Notes under the pieces: model-generated
The model's database searches: none
What the model saw: the letters and a program-made list of their open reading frames with translations, nothing else
Told to the model about the DNA's origin: nothing
Program-made: the position numbers and the translations under genes
Assembly: GCA_016930715.1 (NCBI GenBank)
Contig: JAFGGC010000025.1
Coordinates: 11,008 to 75,007, forward strand
Origin: Endomicrobiales bacterium
GTDB lineage: Bacteria > Elusimicrobiota > Endomicrobiia > Endomicrobiales > JAFGGC01
Direction of reading: 5' to 3'
Length of the DNA: 64,000 nt
Shown: piece by piece, positions 1 to 8,556 of the stretch
Numbering within the stretch: position 1 is the first letter of the stretch
Layout of the letters: the number at the start of each line of letters is the position of its first letter

Positions 1-1210
1 GCTGGCTCATCTCGAACATCGGCAGGAACATAGCAAGAACGATGGCCCCAACAACGACGCCCATGCCGACCATTATCAGCGGTTCTATCATGCTCGTCAG
101 GCTCTTGACCGCGACATCCACTTCCTGATCGTAAAAATCGGCTATTTTTGAAAGCATTGTGTCCAAGTTGCCCGTCTCTTCGCCAATGGCTATCATTTGA
201 ATGACCATGGGCGGGAAGACATTGGTCTTTCTTAGGGGTTCGGCCATCCTTTCGCCTTCTTTTATCGAGTTCCTCGCCGATTCGATGGCTGATTCAATCA
301 CCTTGTTGCCCGCCGTTTTCCCCACCGTATCCAGCGCCTGCAGTATAGGAACGCCGGACTTTATCAGGGTGCCGAGGGTCCTTGAGAACTTGGCCACCGC
401 CACTTTTTTAAGCAGTATCCCGAACAACGGAAGCTTGAGAGCGTAGGTATCGGTTATCTTCTGGCCCTTGTTGGTAGCCCTGAATTTATTAAAACCCACC
501 ACTAGTCCTACTATGGCGGCTGCGAGGACAAAGAAGTACTTCCTTAAGAACTCCGACAAACCGATCAACATGGCCGTCGGAAGAGGAAGCTCGGCGCCGA
601 AACTCTCGAATATGCCCTTGAAAGTCGGTATGACGAAAACAAGCAGGAACAGCGTTATGGTTCCCGCCACGCACGTTATGACCGCGGGATAGACCATGGC
701 CCCCATTACCTTGCCTTTAAGCTCCTCTGCTGACTCAAGGTAGGCCGAAAGGCGCTCAAGTATGGTGTCAAGTATGCCTCCGACCTCGCCGGCCTTTATC
801 ATTGAAACATACAGTTCGGAAAAAGCCGCGGGGTGCTTCCTCATAGCGTCCGTTATCGAGATGCCCTGTTCGATGTCTTCCCTAACCGTAGTCAGGATTT
901 TTTTGAACAAAGGCGTTTCGGCCTGGTCTACCAGTATCGACAATCCCTGGACGATCGGCACGCCTGCCGTCACGAGCGTCGAAAACTGGCGTGAAAACAG
1001 GACGAGCTCCTTAGAACCCACGCTTGGCTTGAACGGACTTATCTTCTTGAGTAACTCGTTGATCGGATTCGATTTGGCCTCGCCTATCTCCATCACGATA
1101 AGCTTCTGGCCCTTCAGCTTATCCATGGCGCTTTTCTGGTCGGTAGCTTCGATGGCCGCCGTGATGACGTTTCCGGTCGTTGAACGAGCCTTGTAGTTAA
1201 ACTGCGGCAT
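1..1210 (-). CDS. pilC: Type IV pilus/T2SS inner-membrane platform protein PilC (GspF family); stop codon just beyond window edge
   Basis: Hand translation of the minus strand from ATG at 1210: MPQFNYKAR...FSRQFSTLVTAGVPI...MIKAGEVGGILD...IGEETGNLDTML...LTSMIEPLI...AMFLPMFEMSQ. Adjacent to pilT. Confidence 0.95.
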   Translation of the reverse strand, partial: MPQFNYKARSTTGNVITAAIEATDQKSAMDKLKGQKLIVMEIGEAKSNPINELLKKISPFKPSVGSKELVLFSRQFSTLVTAGVPIVQGLSILVDQAETPLFKKILTTVREDIEQGISITDAMRKHPAAFSELYVSMIKAGEVGGILDTILERLSAYLESAEELKGKVMGAMVYPAVITCVAGTITLFLLVFVIPTFKGIFESFGAELPLPTAMLIGLSEFLRKYFFVLAAAIVGLVVGFNKFRATNKGQKITDTYALKLPLFGILLKKVAVAKFSRTLGTLIKSGVPILQALDTVGKTAGNKVIESAIESARNSIKEGERMAEPLRKTNVFPPMVIQMIAIGEETGNLDTMLSKIADFYDQEVDVAVKSLTSMIEPLIMVGMGVVVGAIVLAMFLPMFEMSQ

Positions 1211-1226
1211 TTTTCATCCTCCGGCC

Positions 1227-2294
1227 CTATATGGGGGTTTTTTGCATCATTCTTTTCAGATCGTCCGGGTCCGTGCTTGCCTCCAGCGCGGTCTGATAGG
1301 GTATCTGCCTTTTGGAGTAAAGGTCAAACAACGACTGGTTCATCGTCTGCATGCCGAACTTGCCGCCGGTCTGTATTGCGAGATATATCTGTTCAGTCTT
1401 CATCTCTCTGATGAGGTTCCTTATCGCGGGCGTGACCATTAGCGCTTCGCACGAAAGGACCCTGCCAGAACCGGAAGCGTGGGCAAGCAGCTGCTGGCAG
1501 AAAACCGACTGGAGCACCATCGACAGCTGGGCGCGCACCTGCGCCTGCTGATGGGGAGGAAACACGTCTATTATCCTGTTGATGCTCGATGAGGTATCCG
1601 TGGTGTGAAGCGTGGCGAAAACAAGATGACCTGTCTCGGCGAGGGTCAACGCGGCCGAAATCGTCTCAAGGTCTCTCATTTCGCCGACAAGGATAATGTC
1701 AGGGTCCTGCCTGAGCACGTATTTTAGGGCGTTGACGAATGAATTCGTGTCCGATCCGACCTCCCTCTGGTTGATGATGCTCTGCTTGTGCAGGTGCACG
1801 TATTCTATCGGGTCCTCGATAGTCACTATGTGCCCGGTCCTGTGGTCGTTCAAATAGTCTATCATCGAAGCCAGTGTCGTGGATTTTCCCGAACCGGTCG
1901 GTCCGGTGACGAGCACGAGCCCCTTCTGCAGCTTCATCAGCTCATAGACCACCGGCGGAAGGTTCAATTCCTCGAAAGTCATTATTTTCTGGGGTATCGA
2001 ACGAAGGGCCGCGGCGATCGAACCCCTCTGCCTGAAAACGTTCATCCTTACCCTGCCGACGCCCTTTATGCCGAAAGAGAGGTCAAGTTCGTTCGTCGCT
2101 TCGAATTTCTCCTTTTGAGCATCCGTAAGAAGCGAATACACGAGCCTCTGGCACACGTCAGACGTCAGTTTTTCGTACTGCGTCGGCATTATCTCGCCGT
2201 CGACCCTCAGCACCGGCGGAACGCCCACGGTTATGTGAAGGTCGGAAGCCTTTTTTTCCATCAGCATCAGCAATAAATCCTGCATGTTCAGCAT
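1227..2294 (-). CDS. pilT: Type IV pilus retraction ATPase PilT
   Basis: ASDLH, GPTGSGKST, TIEDPIE, LRQDPDIILVGEMRD, TGHLVFATLHT and the diagnostic AIRNLIRE motif. Confidence 0.97.
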   Translation of the reverse strand: MLNMQDLLLMLMEKKASDLHITVGVPPVLRVDGEIMPTQYEKLTSDVCQRLVYSLLTDAQKEKFEATNELDLSFGIKGVGRVRMNVFRQRGSIAAALRSIPQKIMTFEELNLPPVVYELMKLQKGLVLVTGPTGSGKSTTLASMIDYLNDHRTGHIVTIEDPIEYVHLHKQSIINQREVGSDTNSFVNALKYVLRQDPDIILVGEMRDLETISAALTLAETGHLVFATLHTTDTSSSINRIIDVFPPHQQAQVRAQLSMVLQSVFCQQLLAHASGSGRVLSCEALMVTPAIRNLIREMKTEQIYLAIQTGGKFGMQTMNQSLFDLYSKRQIPYQTALEASTDPDDLKRMMQKTPI

Positions 2295-2310
2295 ATCGTT
2301 CTCCCGTTCT

Positions 2311-3939
2311 TTATACAGAGATCTTAATTAGCCTCAGATATTCTTCGACCGTTGAAATCCCGGATGAGACTTTCTTATACGCGGCATCCTTGAGCAGGGC
2401 TCGTTTCGAGTGTGTCATCGCCTCGTTCATTGTCTTTTCAGAAGCCTTTTCGAGTATCATGTATTTTATTTTGTCGCCCACTTCTTCCATTTCGTAAATT
2501 CCAACCCTGCCTTGATAGCCCGTGTTCGAGCACGCCCGGCATCCCTTGCCCCTGTAAAACCTGGCCTTTTCGTTTTCTTCCAGGATCCCGGCGTTTTTCA
2601 GGAGGTTCTTCGGCAAAGCGTATGATTCCTTGCACGCCGGACATATGACCCTCATCAGGCGCTGGTTCAGAACGGTCGAAATCGAGGTCGAAAGGGCTCC
2701 CAGATCAACGCCCAGGCTCATGAACTGCCATATCGCGTCGTAAACTGACGTTGCGCACACGGAGGCAAAGACAAGCTTGCCCTCGATGGCGCACTTCAGG
2801 CAGAAATCGGCAAGCGCTTTCGTGGACGCTCCGTCAACTGCGACCACGTCCGGTTCCTGCCTCAAGACGAGGCGCGAAAGGTACTCATGCGTTTCGTCGC
2901 CGGCGTTCTGGAGCTGCACCTGCATCACCCCGGGAATGGAATACGATATCTTTTCGGCTATTGAAAGGATGCTCCTGTCGGAAAAGTTCAGCGAGGAAAT
3001 CACGGAATTAAGCGTGGTTGTCTTTCCGGAGTCTGGCGGACCCGCGACGATGACCAGCCCTCTGGGGATATCGATATTTTTCTTGAGCACCGACAGCGTT
3101 TCCGGTTCAAAACCCAGCTCTGAAAGCTCGAGAGGCGCGGTCTCGGGGTCGAGAATGTCTATGAAAGCGCTCTCGCCGGCGAAAGTCGTTATCATGGACA
3201 CTCTCGTGCGCACGCTCCGCCCTCCGTATTCCGACCTTACTTCTTTTTCCCTCATCAGGTAGGGTTTGTTGTCGAAATGCGCGAGGCTTTTGAGTTCATC
3301 AAGCATCTGGGGCAGGAGCTCTTTCTTGAAGTAGGACCTCTCCTGCAGGTATCCGTCCACCAGGAAGCGGACCCTGATCTTGTCCGAATACGGTTCTATC
3401 AGTATTTTTTTCGCCCTGGCGTCGATGGCGTCCTTTATCAGCCGGTCGACCATCTCGCGCTGCTGTTTCTGGCCCGCGGAAACCTCAAAATCCAGGGAAC
3501 GCGAATAGTACTTCTCTATCGCAACGTCTATCTCGCTTTCCGAAGCTATTACGACCTGCACGTCATAGCCGGTCATCAGCTTTATGTCGTCTATCGCAAA
3601 AATATTGAAGGGGTCGGACATCGCTACCGTTACGGTATTGTTGTCCTTTGAGATCGGTATCAGGTTCTGGTGCCTTACTATGCTTTCGGGTATGGACCTC
3701 AGGACTTCCGCGGGAATCGCGCCGTACTCCGACAGGGACACGTACGAAACCCCACACTGCTTGCCGAGGAACGCAAGCATCACCTCTTCGTTTATTATTC
3801 CCATCTGCGAGAGGATGGCCCCGAGCTTGCCGCCGTTTCTTTTCTGTATCTCAAGCGCTTCTTTAAGCTGCGCGGACGAGATTATACCTACGTCAACAAG
3901 TATGTCGCCAAGCCTCTTTTTTATGGATGTCAGTTTCAT
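2311..3939 (-). CDS. PilB/GspE-family protein with N-terminal MshEN domain; ATPase motifs degenerate
   Basis: MshEN motif RLGDILVDVGIISSAQLKEALEIQ, Walker A GPPDSGKTTT and tetracysteine CPAC...CRAC are present. Asp box, Walker B and His box are altered. Confidence 0.85.
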   Translation of the reverse strand: MKLTSIKKRLGDILVDVGIISSAQLKEALEIQKRNGGKLGAILSQMGIINEEVMLAFLGKQCGVSYVSLSEYGAIPAEVLRSIPESIVRHQNLIPISKDNNTVTVAMSDPFNIFAIDDIKLMTGYDVQVVIASESEIDVAIEKYYSRSLDFEVSAGQKQQREMVDRLIKDAIDARAKKILIEPYSDKIRVRFLVDGYLQERSYFKKELLPQMLDELKSLAHFDNKPYLMREKEVRSEYGGRSVRTRVSMITTFAGESAFIDILDPETAPLELSELGFEPETLSVLKKNIDIPRGLVIVAGPPDSGKTTTLNSVISSLNFSDRSILSIAEKISYSIPGVMQVQLQNAGDETHEYLSRLVLRQEPDVVAVDGASTKALADFCLKCAIEGKLVFASVCATSVYDAIWQFMSLGVDLGALSTSISTVLNQRLMRVICPACKESYALPKNLLKNAGILEENEKARFYRGKGCRACSNTGYQGRVGIYEMEEVGDKIKYMILEKASEKTMNEAMTHSKRALLKDAAYKKVSSGISTVEEYLRLIKISV

Positions 3940-3969
3940 GTTATTGTCAACGCTTGACGGCCCCGGCCG

Positions 3970-4449
3970 TCATCCGGATCTTTTCAGGCTTTTTTCGACG
4001 CTTTCCGGCACTAGGCCACTCACGGAGCCTCCGAGGGAAAAAACCTCTTTAACCAGGCTTGAAGACAGATACGTATAGGCTTCATCCGGCATAAGGAAAA
4101 CCGCCTCGATCCTTTTGTTCAGACGCCTGTTCATCAGCGCCATCTCGAATTCGTATTCGAAATCAGATATAGCCCTCAAGCCCCTTATTATTACGGACGC
4201 CTTCTTCCTGGTCATGTAATCTACCAGAAGACCGGAAAATGTATCCACCGTGACGGTGGGATACCTCCTGACGGCCTCGGCTATCATCTTCTTTCTTTCC
4301 TGTAAGGTGAAAGTGGGGTTCTTGTTCGAGTTGTCGGTTACTGCCACGATGACTTTTGGAAAAAGGTGCGTCGCCCGGACTATTATATCCAAATGTCCGT
4401 TTGTCGGGGGGTCGAAACTGCCAGGATATACTGCCACCGGCTGTCTCAT
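3970..4449 (-). CDS. coaD: Phosphopantetheine adenylyltransferase
   Basis: YPGSFDPPTNGH, IIRGLR, DFEYE and LSSSLVKE motifs. Confidence 0.97.
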   Translation of the reverse strand: MRQPVAVYPGSFDPPTNGHLDIIVRATHLFPKVIVAVTDNSNKNPTFTLQERKKMIAEAVRRYPTVTVDTFSGLLVDYMTRKKASVIIRGLRAISDFEYEFEMALMNRRLNKRIEAVFLMPDEAYTYLSSSLVKEVFSLGGSVSGLVPESVEKSLKRSG

Positions 4450-4456
4450 CTTTTAG

Positions 4457-4485
4457 AATATAGTAATTTTTGCATTTATTGTCAA
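4457..4485 (-). promoter_or_regulatory. sigma70-type promoter of coaD (probably leaderless transcript)
   Basis: TTGACA(4485-4480)-N17-TATATT(4462-4457), 7 nt before the ATG at 4449. No SD. Confidence 0.6.
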
Positions 4486-4665
4486 ATTTGACACTTTTGT
4501 TGAAGGCAAAAGCGCCGCCCTGAACGCAGTGAAGTATCTCAAAAATCGAACGAAAATGAGTATTAAGACCCATAACGACAACTCAGGGTGAGTCCGCTGA
4601 CTTCGTCAACAGCTTCATTTCGGACAGTTCAGAAACGCAAAAAGCGCGTTTAGCGCAAGGGAATG

Positions 4666-6765
4666 CTATCCTATGTTGGCGAGCCGTATCCTTGGGCCGT
4701 GGGTCTTGAGCACCGCCTTCTTCAAACCTTCGTTTTCAGGCGACTTAAGATCGGGGTCGCCGGCAATCATCTCCGCCGCCAGTCCTTTCGCGGCCTCAAT
4801 AAGACGCCCGTCCTTGACAATATTGCCCGCTTTGAAAACCGGTATCCCGTGCTGCGCGGTTCCCAAAAACTCGCCGGGCCCTCTTAAAACAAGGTCTTCT
4901 TCGGCGATATCAAAACCGCTGTTCGTGGCGGTCATTATCTCAATGCGCTTCTTCGCCTCTTCGGTTTTCGGCTCACCCAGAAGCACGCACCAGGATTTTT
5001 CCTTTCCCCGCCCCACCCTTCCCCTCAGCTGATGCAGCGTTGCCAGTCCGAACCTGTCGGCGTGCTCGATGATCATCAGAGTGGCGTTCGGTATGTCTAT
5101 GCCGACCTCTATCACCGTGGTCGTTATGAGGACGTCTATCCTGGCATCCCTGAATTCCGTCATTATACCGTCTTTTTCTTTCGTGCTCATCTGTCCGTGC
5201 AGCAGACCGACCCTGTAGCCCGAGAACTCAGACTTTGAAAGCGCCCGGGCCTCGGCGACGGCGCTTTTCAGCTCGCGCTTGTCGGATTCCTCCACTAGCG
5301 GATACACGATGAAGACCTGCCTTCCGCTTTTCATCTGTTTCTTCGCAAACTCGTAGGCGGAGGTCTCATCAAGATGCAGGGTCTCTACCGCCTGCCTGTT
5401 GGGAGGAAGCTCGTCTATTACCGAAGCTTCCATATCTCCGTAGAGCGTCATCGAAAGCGTCCTCGGGATCGGCGTCGCGGTAGTCAGAAGGACATCGGGC
5501 GTTCCGGCTTTTTGAGTCAACGATGCCCTCTGCAGAACCCCGAACCTGTGCTGTTCGTCTATGACGATGAGGGAGAGGTCCCCGAAAACGACGCTCTTTT
5601 CAAGCAGCGCGTGGGTCCCTACCACGAAATCCACCTTCCCGTCACCTATCTCATTGAGCAGTTTTTCCCTCTGTTTTTTTGCTTTCGGTTCTCCGGACGT
5701 AAGAAGCGCGGTCCTCACCGGCAGTCCGTCAAGCATCCTGTTTATGGTAAGAGCATGCTGTTCGGCCAGTATTTCCGTTGGAGCGAGCATTGCGCTCTGA
5801 TAGCCGTTTTCCGCGGCAAGGAGCATCGCGCATAGGGCCACGACCGTCTTTCCCGAGCCGACGTCACCCATCAGGAGTCTGTTCATGGGTTTCTTCGACT
5901 GCAGGTCGCGGAATATCTCGTTTATCGCTTTTTTCTGGGCACGGGTGAATTCGAATTTGAGTTTTTCGCGGAACGGTGTCAGTATGTCTTTTTTAACCCC
6001 GTATTCCTGACGTTTCCGGATATTTTCCGTGCCTTTTTTTGAGACCGCCAGCGCAGCGTGAAGCACAAGGAACTCGTCGAACGCCAGCCTTTCCCTTGAT
6101 TTTTGGACGCATTCCATGTCATCGGGAAAATGGATGCCGTTCAAGGCCTCTTTATAACCCGTCAAGCCGTACTTCTTCAATGTTCTTTCGGCAAGAATGT
6201 CGTTAAGGTCTTTTTCTGCGTTTTTTAAAGCACCGAAGACCGCTTCCCTCATCCATTTCTGCGACAGGCCTTCGGTCAGCGGATAGACTGGCACGACTTT
6301 CCTGAACGCCTTTTCCTCGCCTTCCTTCACGACCAGTTCATAATCGTCCGGCACGATCTTTTTAAGTCCGAATTCTTCTTCGACCTTGCCGAAAATAAAG
6401 ACCCGGTTCCCCTTTTCAAACGTCGCTTTAAGGCTTGAGAATATGTCGTGCTTGTGGTACGGGTTCGCTTTCCTGAAAAACTCGACCCACATAATACCGG
6501 AAGGGTCCTCCACCGCCGCCTTGAAGACCGAAAGCTTCATGTTGAGCGGCACTACGCTTGAGATTTTCACGGCTCCGCATATCGTCGCCTTTCGGCCGGA
6601 CAGGGCATCGGCTATCTTCGTCACGTTTCTTCTGTCGCTGTAGTCGCGGGGATAGTGTTCAATGAGGTCTCTAACCGTAAGAATCCCCATGCGCGCCAGG
6701 ATCTTCGCGCGGGAAGGCCCGACGCCTTTAAGGTACTGGACTTTTTCATCTAAAATAAATTTCAT
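4666..6765 (-). CDS. recG: ATP-dependent DNA helicase RecG
   Basis: GDVGSGKT, DEQHRFG, TATPIPR, QLRGRVGRG and N-terminal wedge/OB region. Confidence 0.97.
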   Translation of the reverse strand: MKFILDEKVQYLKGVGPSRAKILARMGILTVRDLIEHYPRDYSDRRNVTKIADALSGRKATICGAVKISSVVPLNMKLSVFKAAVEDPSGIMWVEFFRKANPYHKHDIFSSLKATFEKGNRVFIFGKVEEEFGLKKIVPDDYELVVKEGEEKAFRKVVPVYPLTEGLSQKWMREAVFGALKNAEKDLNDILAERTLKKYGLTGYKEALNGIHFPDDMECVQKSRERLAFDEFLVLHAALAVSKKGTENIRKRQEYGVKKDILTPFREKLKFEFTRAQKKAINEIFRDLQSKKPMNRLLMGDVGSGKTVVALCAMLLAAENGYQSAMLAPTEILAEQHALTINRMLDGLPVRTALLTSGEPKAKKQREKLLNEIGDGKVDFVVGTHALLEKSVVFGDLSLIVIDEQHRFGVLQRASLTQKAGTPDVLLTTATPIPRTLSMTLYGDMEASVIDELPPNRQAVETLHLDETSAYEFAKKQMKSGRQVFIVYPLVEESDKRELKSAVAEARALSKSEFSGYRVGLLHGQMSTKEKDGIMTEFRDARIDVLITTTVIEVGIDIPNATLMIIEHADRFGLATLHQLRGRVGRGKEKSWCVLLGEPKTEEAKKRIEIMTATNSGFDIAEEDLVLRGPGEFLGTAQHGIPVFKAGNIVKDGRLIEAAKGLAAEMIAGDPDLKSPENEGLKKAVLKTHGPRIRLANIG

Positions 6766-6798
6766 TATAGGCTCTTTTTCGTTTTGAAGCCTCTTTCC

Positions 6799-6827
6799 TT
6801 GACTTTAAATGAATATTATTGTATTAT
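6799..6827 (+). promoter_or_regulatory. sigma70-type promoter of rpmB
   Basis: TTGACT(6799-6804)-N17-TATTAT(6822-6827). Confidence 0.65.
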
Positions 6828-6853
6828 CTTTTTTCAACAAAACATTTTTAGAA

Positions 6854-6894
6854 GCCCGCCACAGAGACTTTGGCGGGCCCCGCCAATGGCGGGG
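6854..6894. repeat. Tandem GC-rich palindromes (CCCGCC...GGCGGG family) in rpmB leader
   Basis: GCCCGCCA-cagagactt-TGGCGGGC followed by CCCCGCCA-a-TGGCGGGG. Confidence 0.7.
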
Positions 6895-6904
6895 GAGGCG
6901 ACAA

Positions 6905-7096
6905 ATGTCATACAAATGCTCAATATGCGGCAAGGGCTCAAAAGCGGGCAAATCCGTGAGCCATTCACATAGAGCGTCCAACAGGCTTTTCAAACCCAAC
7001 CTTCAGCGCCAGAGAATCATGGTAAACGGCAAGATAACAAGGACCTATGTCTGCTCGAACTGCCTTAAATCCGGTCGCATAGTCAAGGTGGTCTAA
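6905..7096 (+). CDS. rpmB: 50S ribosomal protein bL28 (Zn-binding type)
   Basis: MSYKCSICGKG...SHSH...R.FKPNLQ...VCSNCLKSG. GGAGG SD upstream. Start placed at 6905 rather than the ORF-track 6809. Confidence 0.95.
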   Translation: MSYKCSICGKGSKAGKSVSHSHRASNRLFKPNLQRQRIMVNGKITRTYVCSNCLKSGRIVKVV

Positions 7097-8550
7097 GATT
7101 CCCCTCCGCTTTCCCTCAAGCTTTTCCTTATTTTGGATCTGGCTCTTGGCGTTATGACAAACTCAAGCCAGTCTTTCGTCGGACGCGCCGATTTCCTGGT
7201 AAGTATCTGGCACATCTCGCCGCTCCGGAGTCTATAGTCGAGCGGGACGAGCTTTTTGCCGATTTTCGCGCCGTAGCACCGGTCGCCTATCTCCGAATGC
7301 ACGGCGTATGCAAAATCAACCGGGGTCGAATCCTTGGGAAGCTTTATTACCCTTCCCTTGGGCGTGTAAACGAAAACCTGCTCGAACTCGCACTCAACTT
7401 TCAGACTCTCAAGGAACTCTTTCGGGTCCTTGAGCTCCTGCTGCCACTCAAGGACCTTTTTAAGCCAGTCAAGCTTATCCTCTATCTCTCCCGCCGCGGC
7501 AATTCCAGCGCCTGTGATTCCGACGCTTTCCTTGTACCTCCAGTGCGCGGCAATGCCGTATTCGGATCTCCTGTGCATCTCTTCCGTGCGTATCTGTATC
7601 TCAGCGATAGTGCCGGCGTCATCCCGAAGCGACAGGTGCAGGGACTGGTACATGTTCATCTTCGGCAGGTTTATGTAATCCGTGAACGACCCCTCCAGCG
7701 GCGTGAAACCGTCGTTTAAAAGCCCAAGCAGAGCGTAGCAGTTCTCGACCGAGTCCGTTATCAGGCGCAATCCTATCAGGTCCTGTATTTCCGAAAACCC
7801 CTTTTTCTGGCGCGCCATCTTCCTGTGAATGCCATAAAGGCTTTTCGGCCTTGCCGAAATCCTGTATCTTATGCCTGAACCGGCAAGTTTTTCGTTTATC
7901 GCTTTCTTCCACTTTTCCAGGCTTTTTACGCTGCTTTCCTGTCTTTTTTCCCACTGCCCGCGGAGGTCTTCGCATCCCCTCGGATCGAGTATCCCGAACG
8001 CCATGTCCTCGAGCTCGTTCTTCCATCTGTATATGCCCAGGCGCTGGGCAAAAGGCGCGTAGAGGTTCAGCGATTCCGTTGCCATTTTTTTTCGTTTTTC
8101 TTCCGGAAGGGCTGACGCCGTCCTCATGTTGTGTATCCTGTCGGCGAGCTTTACCAGGATGACCCGTATGTCTTTAGTTATCGCAAGAAGCATCTTCCTC
8201 CAGTTTTCGGCCTGCGCCGTTTCCTGGTCAGAAAAGTTGTAGGAACCGATCTTGGTCACGCCTTCGACCATAGAGGTGATTTCCTTCCCGAATTCCGCCT
8301 CAAGGTCATCCTTCTTCGTCTGCGTGTCCTCGAGAACGTCGTGCAGGAGCGCCGCGGCGACGGTCGGCACGTCGAGTTTCAGCTCCGTAAGTATCTTGGC
8401 CACTTCGAAACAGTGGCTGAAGTACGGCTCGCCGGAAAAACGCCTCTGGCCCCCGTGCGCATTCCTCGCGTAGATAAAAGCTTTCTCAACGGGTTTCAGG
8501 TCTTCTTCCGGAAGGTAGCTCTTTATTTGAGCCGTCAATTCGGATAGCAT
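7093..8550 (-). CDS. RelA/SpoT homolog (HD hydrolase + synthetase + TGS; no C-terminal ACT)
   Basis: LLHDVLED, KLADRIHNMRT, YQSLH, EIQIRT, GIAAHWRYK, TPVDFAYAVH. Confidence 0.92.
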   Translation of the reverse strand: MLSELTAQIKSYLPEEDLKPVEKAFIYARNAHGGQRRFSGEPYFSHCFEVAKILTELKLDVPTVAAALLHDVLEDTQTKKDDLEAEFGKEITSMVEGVTKIGSYNFSDQETAQAENWRKMLLAITKDIRVILVKLADRIHNMRTASALPEEKRKKMATESLNLYAPFAQRLGIYRWKNELEDMAFGILDPRGCEDLRGQWEKRQESSVKSLEKWKKAINEKLAGSGIRYRISARPKSLYGIHRKMARQKKGFSEIQDLIGLRLITDSVENCYALLGLLNDGFTPLEGSFTDYINLPKMNMYQSLHLSLRDDAGTIAEIQIRTEEMHRRSEYGIAAHWRYKESVGITGAGIAAAGEIEDKLDWLKKVLEWQQELKDPKEFLESLKVECEFEQVFVYTPKGRVIKLPKDSTPVDFAYAVHSEIGDRCYGAKIGKKLVPLDYRLRSGEMCQILTRKSARPTKDWLEFVITPRARSKIRKSLRESGGES

Positions 8551-8556
8551 AGGATA

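Noticed and set aside
4505-4516. GGC-AAAAGC-GCC hexaloop as an ANTAR target
   Set aside because: The loop lacks G at position 4 and there is no properly spaced second hairpin or terminator.
6809-6904. ORF-track N-terminal extensions of L28, ACP (53422) and the ANTAR protein (40250)
   Set aside because: The extensions run through promoter, hairpin or neighbouring-gene sequence. Downstream ATGs with plausible SD give family-typical lengths.
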